A stretch of 64,000 nt of DNA from positions 638 to 64,637 of the forward strand of contig QCNQ01000004.1 of NCBI GenBank assembly GCA_003213155.1. The letters run 5' to 3'. Under the pieces are notes generated by a model, which made no database searches, had not been told where the DNA came from, and saw only the letters and a program-made list of their open reading frames with translations. The position numbers were made by a program, and so were the translations under genes. The stretch comes from Pelagibacteraceae bacterium AG-426-G02. Its GTDB lineage: Bacteria; Pseudomonadota; Alphaproteobacteria; Pelagibacterales; Pelagibacteraceae. The number at the start of each line of letters is the position of its first letter. Position 1 is the first letter of the stretch. Below, piece after piece: positions 27,365 to 37,535 of the stretch.

Positions 27365-28648
27365 CTATAGCCCGTCAACTACAACAATAGTTAAATCATC
27401 TTTTTGTATTCGACCAGATTTAATAATATCTTCGACAATCTTGTTTAATCTTTCATAATTAGGAACAGGTTGATATTTTTTTATATAATTTTTGAATCCA
27501 TCTGACTCTAACATGTTTCCTTTTGTATCTTTTATTTCGGTAATACCATCGGTAAAAATATACATTGAACTATTTGAAAAATTAATTTTTGTTTCTTTAA
27601 ATTTAAACTTTGGAGCAATACCTAACGGTGGACCAGCTTCATCAAAATTAGAAAAATTTCCTTCATTGTCATATATTAAAGGTGGTTCGTGTCCAGCATT
27701 AGCTAAAGTAAGTTCTTTTTTATTACTATCATAAATTCCAATCAACATTGTAACAAACATTCCTCTTGATGTTGTTTCACATATTTCAGAATTCAAAATA
27801 TTTAAAAGTTCTGCTGCAGAAAAATTTGTTTTGCTTAAACATCTATAAAGACTTGATGCCTTTGACATAAGTAAAGAAGATTTTATTCCTTTACCAGACA
27901 CATCCGCAACACCAAAACCATAAACTCCTTCTGTAAGCTCTGCAAAATTATAAAAATCTCCCGAGACTACCTTAGCTGGAATATTTATTCCTGCTATTGG
28001 AAATTTTTCTTTTTGGTTTTGAGATAGTAAAGTTTTTTGTATCTCTCCAACAATTTCTATTTCTTTCTGCATTCTATTTTTATCAACAAGATCTTTTGCC
28101 ATTCTTGCATTTCTAATTGCTAATGCGGCAGGTCCAGATAAAGTTTCCAAAAGTTTTCTATCGTTCTCTTCAAATAATTTATTATTTGTCTTTTTATTTA
28201 AACAATGAATAACTCCTATACACTCATCTGATACTATTAAAGGAGAACATAAAACAGAATACGTAGTAAAATTTGTTTTATTATCTAGGTCAAAATAAAA
28301 TTCAGCAATTTCTCTAACGTCTTTTCTTACATCGCCTACCCTTATACATTTTTTTAATACTACTGCTTTACCCATTACACCTTGCGTAATAGGAATTTCA
28401 AAATCTTCTAGATATGCTTGATGTTTGGATGCAATACACTGAAAAGACTGGTTCTTATCATCAATTAAAAAAATATTAGCAGCTTGTGCATTTATTCTTT
28501 TAATAATTAATTCTAGAGAATTACTTAAAGTTTCTTTTAGATCTAACGACTTAGCTAGATCATGATTCATTTTTGTAACTAATTCTAGATCTTTACTGGT
28601 AGTATCGTCCACATTAGTTGTTTCTTTTTTTTTCGCGCTAAAAAACAT
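27365..28648 (-). CDS. GAF-domain PP2C/SpoIIE phosphatase (RsbU/RsbP-like)
   Basis: GAF domain (TNFTTYSVLCSPL...GVIHCLNKK...FEENDRKLL); PP2C motifs VSGDFY, ADVSGKG, NAGH, TDG, DDLT; ATG 28648 preferred over TTG 28798. Confidence 0.88.
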   Translation of the reverse strand: MFFSAKKKETTNVDDTTSKDLELVTKMNHDLAKSLDLKETLSNSLELIIKRINAQAANIFLIDDKNQSFQCIASKHQAYLEDFEIPITQGVMGKAVVLKKCIRVGDVRKDVREIAEFYFDLDNKTNFTTYSVLCSPLIVSDECIGVIHCLNKKTNNKLFEENDRKLLETLSGPAALAIRNARMAKDLVDKNRMQKEIEIVGEIQKTLLSQNQKEKFPIAGINIPAKVVSGDFYNFAELTEGVYGFGVADVSGKGIKSSLLMSKASSLYRCLSKTNFSAAELLNILNSEICETTSRGMFVTMLIGIYDSNKKELTLANAGHEPPLIYDNEGNFSNFDEAGPPLGIAPKFKFKETKINFSNSSMYIFTDGITEIKDTKGNMLESDGFKNYIKKYQPVPNYERLNKIVEDIIKSGRIQKDDLTIVVVDGL

Positions 28649-28813
28649 GTTATTTATAAATTGATATTCATTAATTTTTTGATAATTTTGATTATGATGG
28701 AAATCATGATTCATGCGCCAAATTTCTATTTGCACATAGCTGATGCGATGTTGTTTATACAATATTGCATCGATGGACTCATAGAATTTTCCTCCCAAAT
28801 TAAACTATAAATT

Positions 28814-29578
28814 GTGTCCTATATTATAGTATTTATCCTCGGAAGTATATGGGGGAGTTTTAGTAACGTATGTATTCATAGATTGCCCGATAATAAGGGT
28901 GTTGTCAGAGGTAGATCGTATTGCCCAAGCTGCAAAAAACAAATCAGATGGTATGATAACATTCCAATATTCTCATATGTGCTCTTAAAAGCTAAATGTA
29001 GAGACTGCTCAGCCAAAATAAATGTTAAATATCTTTTGGTAGAACTTGTTTGTGCATTGAGCTTTGTATGGTTTTTTTATTTATTTGGTTTGTCACTTAC
29101 CACCCTTCTTTTTTTTATCTTGAGTATTTTCTTTGTCATCATATTTTTTATTGATCTTAAACATTTTATAATTCCAAATGAGCTTACTTTTCCATTAATG
29201 GCCATAGGGTTGTTTAAAAGTTTCAATCCAAATTTAAATCAGTATCTATTTCCAAATTTTTTAAATTCAGTAATAGGGGGTGTTGCTGGTTATTTAATTA
29301 TATGGATGATAATTTTTATTTATAAAAGATTAAGAAATAAGGAAGGTATGGGTTTGGGAGATGCTAAACTTTTGTCAGCAATTGGTTTTTGGTTTGGTTG
29401 GATATCAATTCCTTTCATATTATTTTTTTCATCCTTTATAGCTTTAGTATTGGCGATACCAAGTTTGATAAATAAATCCAAAAATTTATCCACACAAATT
29501 CCTTTTGGACCTTATCTAATATTAGGATGTGTATTATATTTATTGTTGCTTGATAAAATTATTTTATACCTAAATTAA
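28814..29578 (+). CDS. pilD: Prepilin peptidase / N-methyltransferase PilD
   Basis: GSFSNVCIHRLP, RSYCPSC, CRDC, FIDLKH, GMGLGDAKL, IPFGPYL. Confidence 0.95.
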   Translation: MSYIIVFILGSIWGSFSNVCIHRLPDNKGVVRGRSYCPSCKKQIRWYDNIPIFSYVLLKAKCRDCSAKINVKYLLVELVCALSFVWFFYLFGLSLTTLLFFILSIFFVIIFFIDLKHFIIPNELTFPLMAIGLFKSFNPNLNQYLFPNFLNSVIGGVAGYLIIWMIIFIYKRLRNKEGMGLGDAKLLSAIGFWFGWISIPFILFFSSFIALVLAIPSLINKSKNLSTQIPFGPYLILGCVLYLLLLDKIILYLN

Positions 29579-29609
29579 TAATAAAGGATTATTTCTATCC
29601 GAAGTTATT

Positions 29610-32600
29610 TTAAAAACCGCTATCTCTCCATCCGCCTTTGTTACGTAAAATTTCTCCTGGTACTGAGAAAACAGAGAATAAAGTACTTTCATCTTCAGAA
29701 GGACCAGCAACATTGGCAAAGAGTTTATCACCAAACACAACTAATTCAGACAGCACACCTTCACTCACATAAGCGCATGCGTTCTTACCAGGATTGTTTA
29801 CATCTCCTGGAGTTTCAAGCTTTAATAATTCCGAGCTATTAGTTCCACATTCATCATCAGCAGCACAAATGAATGAATGCCCTTGAGCACATGGAGCAGA
29901 GCCTGGTGGTGGCTGGTATATAGGATAATAAACTATTCCTTTAAATAAAGTTGGTGGCGCTGATGATTTTCTAAAAGTTCTTGGGGATAAGAAAGAATTA
30001 TTTTGATTTTTTTCCAAATGTATTACCCAAGCGTCAGCTGTATCTGGTATTGGACAATTATCTCCATCTGTATCTCCAGAAACGTTAACACAATTAAATG
30101 CATTCCCCACGTTACTTGCTTTGTCAGCTCCTTCATGCGCCAATCGTAAAAAATCAGGATTTATTTCCATTGGATCACTTCCAGGATTCATAACAATCTT
30201 TGGAACTGTTACTCCATTTAAATGCTTCCAATAAGGAAAATGTTTATCTTGGACGCCATATAAAATATTATCTAATTCAGAACTTTTTCCTCCTAGGTCG
30301 ATAAAATTTCCTGTTGAGCCAAATAACCAAAATGATTTGTCAGTTACTCCTAATCCAGCTTCCATTGAAAAAAATGAGTATCTTGCATTTTCTCTTGTAG
30401 AACCCAACCTAAAAAGGGTTGTTTGATCATATAACTCTGTTACACCAGATGATAAAGTTCCAAGATCGTTCAATCCTTTTGTATTGTTGGTTAAATTTAT
30501 TTTTGTAATTTTACCTTCAAGATCATTTACATAAACTAATGCACCTCTCCAAGGAACTCCTGGTGCGGTATCGGGGGTAATTACCACTGGGGCAGCAGGT
30601 ATAGCGTTTGGAATATTACTTCCGTTATTAGTTTCAACCAATACATCCCCTGATAAAATACCGTTAGGTGTTGTATCTACTATATTTATTGGACCTCCAT
30701 TGATTTCAGAACCATATATTCTACCAGGCATACCATCCATATGACCTTCTAAATCGATCACAAATAAAGCTGATCCAGCACAAGCATCTCCTTTAGACAT
30801 ACCAGCACCCATAATCGCAACATATCTATCTGTTCCAATATTTGATGAACCAGAACTCGATGGCATTCTAACAATTTTTGGAGTAGACCAAGTTTCTCCT
30901 AACCTAGAATAATCGTAAGCTGGGTCTATACCTGACCCTCCAATGCACGCTCTAACACTTATATCATCTGATAATGTAGGCTCTTCATCAGATGGATTAG
31001 CATTAAAAACTTGTTCATTTTTAAACACAACTTTTAAAACAGACCCTCCAGAACCATCATCAGACATTTGTGCACTTGTAATACTGATAGGTTCAGGGAC
31101 ACCATTGTTTAATTTTACTGCCCCTAAAACTGTTTGTGGAATTTCTTCACCAGTTGGATAATCTAAAACAAGATCAGGGAAATAAAAAGTGTTACCTCTA
31201 TAACAAGATGCTGTTCCAGTAGTTCTAAAATCAGTTGCTGTACTACATACTGCTATATCTGTAAGCGCATTAGCATCATAGTCAGCATCATTAGGATCTA
31301 ATTCTGTTTTTTCTCTAGCGTCATTATAATTATCTGTAGCCACCTCTCCCTCAGAAGAATTCATTAAACTAGATGAGGTAGAATTATATTCAATAGCAGA
31401 AATTCTTCCAAGCACATCGGCAACTAACACTCTATTATTTATTCTATCATTAAACACTGAAAACATATGTATCGGACCTCTAGTTCCTGATGGGATCGGA
31501 TCTGTTACATCAAGTAAAGTAAAGCCTGCGCCACCTCTTCCATAAGGAATAAATAATAAAGTACGCCAACTTCTACTACCTTCTAATTCTCCTCTAAAAT
31601 TATATCCCCTTATAAATGCATCGTGTATCACAGGAGAGCCATCAACTCCAAAAATTGGGTTAGTTCCACCCCCAGAAGATTTATCATATTCTGAATTTAT
31701 TATTTGTGGAAGTTTTGCTGCAACAAAAGGAGGTATAAAGCCCCATATCTCTTCACCACCTTGATACCCATTTCCACTTTTAGCTGCAATTGCATGAAGT
31801 ATTCCCGAGTTTGCACCCGCATAAATTACATTTTGTCTTTTTGCTTGTTCCACTTTAAAACGTGCATAACCTCTTGTTGACCTATGATACGCCTCCTCAT
31901 TAAAAGATGAAAAATTTAAATTCATTTCTGGCGGACCTACCTCTACAAGTTGCGAGTGATATACGTCACCCATTACATGGTTTCTGACTTCAGCAACATC
32001 ACAATCACCATCATAATCAAAATAATCATTACCTTTCATAAAATTAATCAATCCTATAGTTTCATCACCCTCAGTGGCGTCACTACCAACATCAGAACAA
32101 TTTGACGTACTAGTATGATAATCATCAATTTCATATCCCAATAAATTGAATAAATTTGTTATTGCTGTTGATTGATCTTGAGAAAAATTATCCCAGTTTC
32201 CAAGATAAGAAGCTCCTGGCATAGCTGTCCAAATATTTCTACCATCATCTGCGCCACCTGGTGTTGATTGTCTTCTGATCATTAATGATGAGTCCCAATT
32301 CTTATGTGGATTTCCTGGTGCAGTATTATGCTCAACACAATCTTCATTAGTATCAGGACAATCAGCAGGGCTAAGAAGTTTTTTACGTAAAATTCTACCT
32401 TGCCATTCACCAAATTGTTCGTATCCAAATTGTGCTTGATATAAAGATCCACCTTCTTCGATAGTTGCTGTAATTGACGGCGCAGTGAACGCTAGTTTAT
32501 CAGCAATAATTTGTCTTATCTTAGAAGTTAAAACAGTTTTTAATCTTTCAGGTGTTCTGGCTATAATTGCTCTTTCACAATCCTCATCATCAATACATGC

Positions 32601-34460
32601 TTGTGCAGTTGTTCCAGCTGGTAATGTACTAGTGCCTATTCTTGAAAGTTCATGAAATCTATTTAAACTTGTACCATTAATTCCACCTCCATAAGCTACA
32701 TAAAGAGATTTTACCCCTTGTTCTCTTAATCGTGCCATTCTTTCAGCAGCAAAACCCCTTTGATTATCACCGAGCAGCCCAGTGTTCCTCATGGCCCCAT
32801 CTCCAATTACAATTACATAATTTATCTGACAATCAGCATCTGGATTTAAGATTTTTCCTCCAGCATTTTGATCCATAAAATAATCTTCAGCAATTTGAGA
32901 AAAAGCATTTGCATCCGTACCCCAGGCCATTCCTAAAGGAGCCATTACATCCATAATTTGATCAGATCCCCTTGGGCTTACGGCTACATTTAAACATGAG
33001 TCCCGATTACATTGTATACTTGTCCCCTCTGGATGATCTCCATTCCAGCCTTGATAGTAAGTACAATCATTAGTTCTATGACAATGACGCCCTCCCATAG
33101 CAGCAGTTCTTGAACGACCATGTTCACCAGCGTTCCAATGACCAAAGCCAAAATAAGCACCTGTTGTTAATGTAGTGTCGTTAACGATTGCGTTAATTGC
33201 AGATTTAACTCCATCCCATCTTCTAATTCTTGGTCCCCCCATTTGTTGAACCCAAGTTGTATTTCGAGCAATAGCGGTGAATTTATCTTCATGAAATTCG
33301 TCTATGTAACCCCTAGCGGTTCCTGTTAGCAACAGGTATCTATCATCAGCTGCATTATAACCTATGCCAAGAGCATGTGGTTGATTAAAACCCACATTAT
33401 CAGCATCCAAAGCATTTGCACTTCCCTCATTAGACAGATTTGTTCTTGAACCTGAACCTACTCCAGTGATGATTGTACAAGAATTGGTCGTAGAGTTTGA
33501 TATTTGAATTTTTTGTATTGCGTGAGAAAAAACGGAAGTAGTATAAACGATGCTACTATCTGCTGGTGAAACTTCCACACCAAAAGGAATTGCTAATTCA
33601 GAAGTTAAATTTGGAGCATTTGATGCAGTACATTGTCTTTGTCGAGTTCCTAGGGTAAATTCATCGGCATTTCGAGTTAAAGAATATCCTTCAAGATTAT
33701 TTTGTAATCTATTTGAAAAATAAACCATGTTACCTTCATTATTAACACTAAGTCTTCCTGCCCATCTTACAACACTTCTTGTGTCGGTTATATTTTGTTC
33801 TCTACATACAAAAGTTTCAAGATTACATGACATAAAGAAACCAAAAGCTCTTCGACCACCGCCTGCTGCAAATAAGTAAGGAACACCTCCAACCTCCTGT
33901 ATGTCAAAGCCGTTGTAACTCATGCCACCAGGTGCTCTTAAGGCAATTAAACATCTTCTACCATCTTCTGAAAAGCCAAATATATAACCTCTGGTATTTC
34001 TCTCCTGACTATGAAAAAAAATTACGCTCTCATTAAAACTGACAGAATCTAGGTTTTCTACAAACTCTACATGAGCAGCTTTTCTCTGTCTTTGAAGACG
34101 ACGCCCGGTATGGGCACCATTATCATTGAATTGTGTACATCCTGCTCTTGGGATTGCCCTGATAGGTCTAAATGAATTATCTCTTCTCCCATTAGCATTG
34201 TACCTTATAATTGCACCTGCAGTCCGTCGTGAATATTGTGAAAATAGAATTCTATTTTGTGAGTCGTAAGCAACCCCTGCAACTGGGCCAATACCATCAC
34301 CTCCTATCCACCTCCCCATACTGGCAGAACTATCGACTAAAAATAATATATTAGCAGCAACGTCACCACCGCCTGCACCGGGTGGCACAGGTTTTGCATT
34401 CACATTGCTACTAAACGATAATAAAAATAACAAAGATAAAATTTTAAAAAGTTTCATCAT
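29610..34460 (-). CDS. pilY1: PilY1/PilC-type pilus tip adhesin
   Basis: Signal peptide; vWA MIDAS DSSAS; MGDVYHS, YAGANSGILHA, EIWGFIP, GVDGSP, LGETWSTP PilY1 propeller motifs. Confidence 0.88.
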   Translation of the reverse strand: MMKLFKILSLLFLLSFSSNVNAKPVPPGAGGGDVAANILFLVDSSASMGRWIGGDGIGPVAGVAYDSQNRILFSQYSRRTAGAIIRYNANGRRDNSFRPIRAIPRAGCTQFNDNGAHTGRRLQRQRKAAHVEFVENLDSVSFNESVIFFHSQERNTRGYIFGFSEDGRRCLIALRAPGGMSYNGFDIQEVGGVPYLFAAGGGRRAFGFFMSCNLETFVCREQNITDTRSVVRWAGRLSVNNEGNMVYFSNRLQNNLEGYSLTRNADEFTLGTRQRQCTASNAPNLTSELAIPFGVEVSPADSSIVYTTSVFSHAIQKIQISNSTTNSCTIITGVGSGSRTNLSNEGSANALDADNVGFNQPHALGIGYNAADDRYLLLTGTARGYIDEFHEDKFTAIARNTTWVQQMGGPRIRRWDGVKSAINAIVNDTTLTTGAYFGFGHWNAGEHGRSRTAAMGGRHCHRTNDCTYYQGWNGDHPEGTSIQCNRDSCLNVAVSPRGSDQIMDVMAPLGMAWGTDANAFSQIAEDYFMDQNAGGKILNPDADCQINYVIVIGDGAMRNTGLLGDNQRGFAAERMARLREQGVKSLYVAYGGGINGTSLNRFHELSRIGTSTLPAGTTAQACIDDEDCERAIIARTPERLKTVLTSKIRQIIADKLAFTAPSITATIEEGGSLYQAQFGYEQFGEWQGRILRKKLLSPADCPDTNEDCVEHNTAPGNPHKNWDSSLMIRRQSTPGGADDGRNIWTAMPGASYLGNWDNFSQDQSTAITNLFNLLGYEIDDYHTSTSNCSDVGSDATEGDETIGLINFMKGNDYFDYDGDCDVAEVRNHVMGDVYHSQLVEVGPPEMNLNFSSFNEEAYHRSTRGYARFKVEQAKRQNVIYAGANSGILHAIAAKSGNGYQGGEEIWGFIPPFVAAKLPQIINSEYDKSSGGGTNPIFGVDGSPVIHDAFIRGYNFRGELEGSRSWRTLLFIPYGRGGAGFTLLDVTDPIPSGTRGPIHMFSVFNDRINNRVLVADVLGRISAIEYNSTSSSLMNSSEGEVATDNYNDAREKTELDPNDADYDANALTDIAVCSTATDFRTTGTASCYRGNTFYFPDLVLDYPTGEEIPQTVLGAVKLNNGVPEPISITSAQMSDDGSGGSVLKVVFKNEQVFNANPSDEEPTLSDDISVRACIGGSGIDPAYDYSRLGETWSTPKIVRMPSSSGSSNIGTDRYVAIMGAGMSKGDACAGSALFVIDLEGHMDGMPGRIYGSEINGGPINIVDTTPNGILSGDVLVETNNGSNIPNAIPAAPVVITPDTAPGVPWRGALVYVNDLEGKITKINLTNNTKGLNDLGTLSSGVTELYDQTTLFRLGSTRENARYSFFSMEAGLGVTDKSFWLFGSTGNFIDLGGKSSELDNILYGVQDKHFPYWKHLNGVTVPKIVMNPGSDPMEINPDFLRLAHEGADKASNVGNAFNCVNVSGDTDGDNCPIPDTADAWVIHLEKNQNNSFLSPRTFRKSSAPPTLFKGIVYYPIYQPPPGSAPCAQGHSFICAADDECGTNSSELLKLETPGDVNNPGKNACAYVSEGVLSELVVFGDKLFANVAGPSEDESTLFSVFSVPGEILRNKGGWRDSGF

Positions 34461-34463
34461 TTT

Positions 34464-35015
34464 CTATCCCATGACCTCAATTACTTCCTCACCTGTAGTA
34501 TAATCCATCATTTGTGGATTAGTAATTTCAAGAACCTCAAAAATTTCATCTCTAATATTTATTTTGCTATACATTATTACCAGATTACCCAAACTTAAAT
34601 CTTTGTAACCTACCCAATTTTCTCTCTCAGCTTCGCTGCCAGGATCACTAATATTATTTTTTACAAAGTTATAAATTTCATTTTTTATTTCACTATCTGT
34701 TGAAATTAAATTTATACCCGCAACTTTAGAGTCGTAGATTATCACTTCCAAATCAGTATTTTCTAAATTTGAGTTTTCACAATAATCTGCTGCATAAGCT
34801 TGGTATTTTGCAGAATGACCTTTTTCAAAAAGCTCAGATTTGTATAACATCAAAAATTCAAATGTATTTTGTGCATCTCGCACGGGTGTGCCTATATCGA
34901 CCGATAATAAAGGACAAGCAATAGAGGAGCTTGAAAAAAATATTAAAAATGAAATTTTTAAAAAAAATTTTTTCACGACAAAAATTATAAATTTATATAA
35001 ATATTTTTTCAACAT
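34464..35015 (-). CDS. Hypothetical exported protein in the minor pilin operon (start uncertain)
   Basis: Open frame between pilX and pilY1 with a signal-like segment ending SSIA-C. Confidence 0.6.
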   Translation of the reverse strand: MLKKYLYKFIIFVVKKFFLKISFLIFFSSSSIACPLLSVDIGTPVRDAQNTFEFLMLYKSELFEKGHSAKYQAYAADYCENSNLENTDLEVIIYDSKVAGINLISTDSEIKNEIYNFVKNNISDPGSEAERENWVGYKDLSLGNLVIMYSKINIRDEIFEVLEITNPQMMDYTTGEEVIEVMG

Positions 35016-35049
35016 TCATACCTGCTCATTTTAAGCTTTTAATTCATTA

Positions 35050-35733
35050 TTAATGAGACAAAACTATAAGTGTTTCCAGAGGTACTATTATTTCTGGATT
35101 GTTTGGGTTACCCATCATGCCGCATCCATAAATTTTATAAGCTGTGCCTTTCCTTTGAGACGTACCTGATCCTTTTTTCAAACTTACACCAGTGCCCTTA
35201 TACTCAGAGGTACCAGAACTGACTGAGAAAAATTCATAATAATACTTTCCAATATTTTCCTCTTCTTGACTGAGTGCAGTTGAATTATCAATTGAAGAGT
35301 TTATTGCTAATCCAGCATTACCATCGTTAAAAATTGGGAATAATAAATCTAAAAAACTTTGTTCTCTTACATGCTCAACTGCTCTAAAATTACTATCTCT
35401 ACTCAAGTTTCTAAAACTTTTATAGCAAGGGGTATCTTGATCTAAAAGATTGGGTTCGGTCGATAGCTGGTTTGTGGGATATATTCTTCCATCATAGTCT
35501 CTGCCTCCAGTATCAACTCTGATTGGACCTAGCATTTTATTGATTAAACTTTTCTGAGCTTGCAATAAAGCGGTTTCAGCAACATAGAAAGTTTGCTGGT
35601 ACTCATCACTACTATTATTACTTTGATGATCAGATGAAGCTATCACAATTAAAGCACCTCCCATTAACGACATAGCTAATAATAAAACTAAAGATAAAAC
35701 CATCGCAAATCCTTTTTGTTTATTATTTTTCAT
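35050..35733 (-). CDS. pilX: Minor pilin PilX-like
   Basis: KG|FAMVLSLVLL lacking Glu5; FYVAETAL motif. Confidence 0.8.
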   Translation of the reverse strand: MKNNKQKGFAMVLSLVLLLAMSLMGGALIVIASSDHQSNNSSDEYQQTFYVAETALLQAQKSLINKMLGPIRVDTGGRDYDGRIYPTNQLSTEPNLLDQDTPCYKSFRNLSRDSNFRAVEHVREQSFLDLLFPIFNDGNAGLAINSSIDNSTALSQEEENIGKYYYEFFSVSSGTSEYKGTGVSLKKGSGTSQRKGTAYKIYGCGMMGNPNNPEIIVPLETLIVLSH

Positions 35734-36914
35734 TAAAAAGTTTCTCCAATATTTCTCGTATGAACTGTAACAACAACTGAGTCTCTTAATTTTTTATCTT
35801 TTCCATCAGCAATTAAATTATTTCTATCTTCACCACCCAATCCTAAAATTGTTCTAGGCTTATCTGTTGTAGCTGCTTCTCTGTAAAAATCCTCTTTTGA
35901 TACCCAAGTAAGTCGTATATCTACACCTCTGATATCTAAAAGCCTATCTCTAATTCCACTATGTTCTGGAGCTGGAAATCTACCAGCAGAGTCTTGTATT
36001 ATCTTTCCATCTTTATCAAAAGGTATAAACTCCATGTCATCGATATAATTTCTTACCATCACTCCAGGGGTACACTCATTGCAATTAGTAAGCCATAATC
36101 CTTTATTAATCGAATTTATATCTGCAGAGTCATCACTGACCCCACTCCCAACTATACCACCGGCACTTTGATCTCTATTAACTCCAAATTGATTTTCTAA
36201 ATTAAACAGGTTACCAACCCCAAGAGAATCATTTCCACTGTCATCTTGTGGAGGTGGAGTTGCTTGTTCGAATAATTCACATCCACTTCTTGGTTGGAAA
36301 TAATGTTCTACTCTTTTATAAGCGGCAAAACCACCTGAGTCGTTAGGCAATGCATAATAAGTTATTCTATATCTTTTATAAGCTTGTTCTCCGTCACCAT
36401 GGTCATTTTGATTAAAATCTTCATATACAATTTGAATTTGATCACAGCAGTTACTCCCGGTGCTTGCAGTAGATCCAGTTACATTAGTATTGTTGGTCGA
36501 TACTGAAGTAGTAGCGTCTGAGACAATTCCAAAACCCAAAGTATTTTTTCTTATCACTAACGGATTATGACTGTCTTGAGGATTGTTGAATCCATTATCA
36601 AAATATAAGTAACTATTTTTTGGTAAAGCAATCCCAGTACCGTTATTACATGTTGATGTATTAGATGCATATTGAGCTATTTCATGTGACCCAGCATAAT
36701 ATTTAAATCCTGCCATACGCACATCTCTCATTAACATTGTAACTATATCTCTGCTTGCTCTACTAATTTTGGCTTTATCAGTGACTTGTGAGTATGATTG
36801 ATTAACAACAGAATATGATGTGTACACGGCAGCCATCATGATTGTAGTAATAACGATTCCAATCATGATTTCGATCAGAGTAAGACCCGCTATATACTTA
36901 ATTCGATTTTTCAT
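35733..36914 (-). CDS. pilW: Minor pilin PilW-like
   Basis: G|LTLIEIMIGI; RDVRMAGF motif. Confidence 0.82.
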   Translation of the reverse strand: MKNRIKYIAGLTLIEIMIGIVITTIMMAAVYTSYSVVNQSYSQVTDKAKISRASRDIVTMLMRDVRMAGFKYYAGSHEIAQYASNTSTCNNGTGIALPKNSYLYFDNGFNNPQDSHNPLVIRKNTLGFGIVSDATTSVSTNNTNVTGSTASTGSNCCDQIQIVYEDFNQNDHGDGEQAYKRYRITYYALPNDSGGFAAYKRVEHYFQPRSGCELFEQATPPPQDDSGNDSLGVGNLFNLENQFGVNRDQSAGGIVGSGVSDDSADINSINKGLWLTNCNECTPGVMVRNYIDDMEFIPFDKDGKIIQDSAGRFPAPEHSGIRDRLLDIRGVDIRLTWVSKEDFYREAATTDKPRTILGLGGEDRNNLIADGKDKKLRDSVVVTVHTRNIGETF

Positions 36915-37528
36915 TGTTTTAACTCAAAATCACTTTGAAAATATAAAAATTTTCTTTTTTTTCCATTATTCAAATTAAATTGTACTCTTCCGATATACAT
37001 GACTTCATCCATGACATAAGGCTCATCTGGACTACCATTATTATCAATATCAGTCTGTTGTGGATTGATTAAACCATCTACCTGACTCCACCTACTGACT
37101 ACTTTAAACACTCTGAAATTTCTTGTTTCATTACGGCCTGCACAATTTAAATAATCTTTATTGTTTAATAGAGCGTTCCACTTATTGGTTTTTATTTCAA
37201 CATTAGTTGTATTATTTGTTGTTCCAGAGTAAATTTCACCACTATTATTAGTTCCTCCAGAATTGTTTTGACAAAAATTTGAATTAAACTCTCTTTGAGA
37301 TAGTAAATTCGAAAAATTATTATCACCAGTAGTATTTATATCTTGATTACCAATAACATCTTCTGCAATTACATTTGTTAAATAATTGGCTTTGGTTCTT
37401 TCACCTGAAATGTAAATAGACTGAATTGAATAATTTGTCATTTGTAATATGGCAACGAAACCAATTCCAACGATTGCAGTTGATATCAAAGCCTCTAAAA
37501 GAGATAATCCAGATATTTTTTTATTCAT
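36911..37528 (-). CDS. pilV: Minor pilin PilV-like
   Basis: SG|LSLLEALIS class III signal; start 37528 or 37543 more plausible than 37591. Confidence 0.75.
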   Translation of the reverse strand: MNKKISGLSLLEALISTAIVGIGFVAILQMTNYSIQSIYISGERTKANYLTNVIAEDVIGNQDINTTGDNNFSNLLSQREFNSNFCQNNSGGTNNSGEIYSGTTNNTTNVEIKTNKWNALLNNKDYLNCAGRNETRNFRVFKVVSRWSQVDGLINPQQTDIDNNGSPDEPYVMDEVMYIGRVQFNLNNGKKRKFLYFQSDFELKQ

Positions 37529-37535
37529 CTTTTTT

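Noticed and set aside
28649-28798. 50-aa N-terminal extension of GAF-PP2C
   Set aside because: TTG start would leave only 15 bp for two divergent promoters; ATG 28648 preferred
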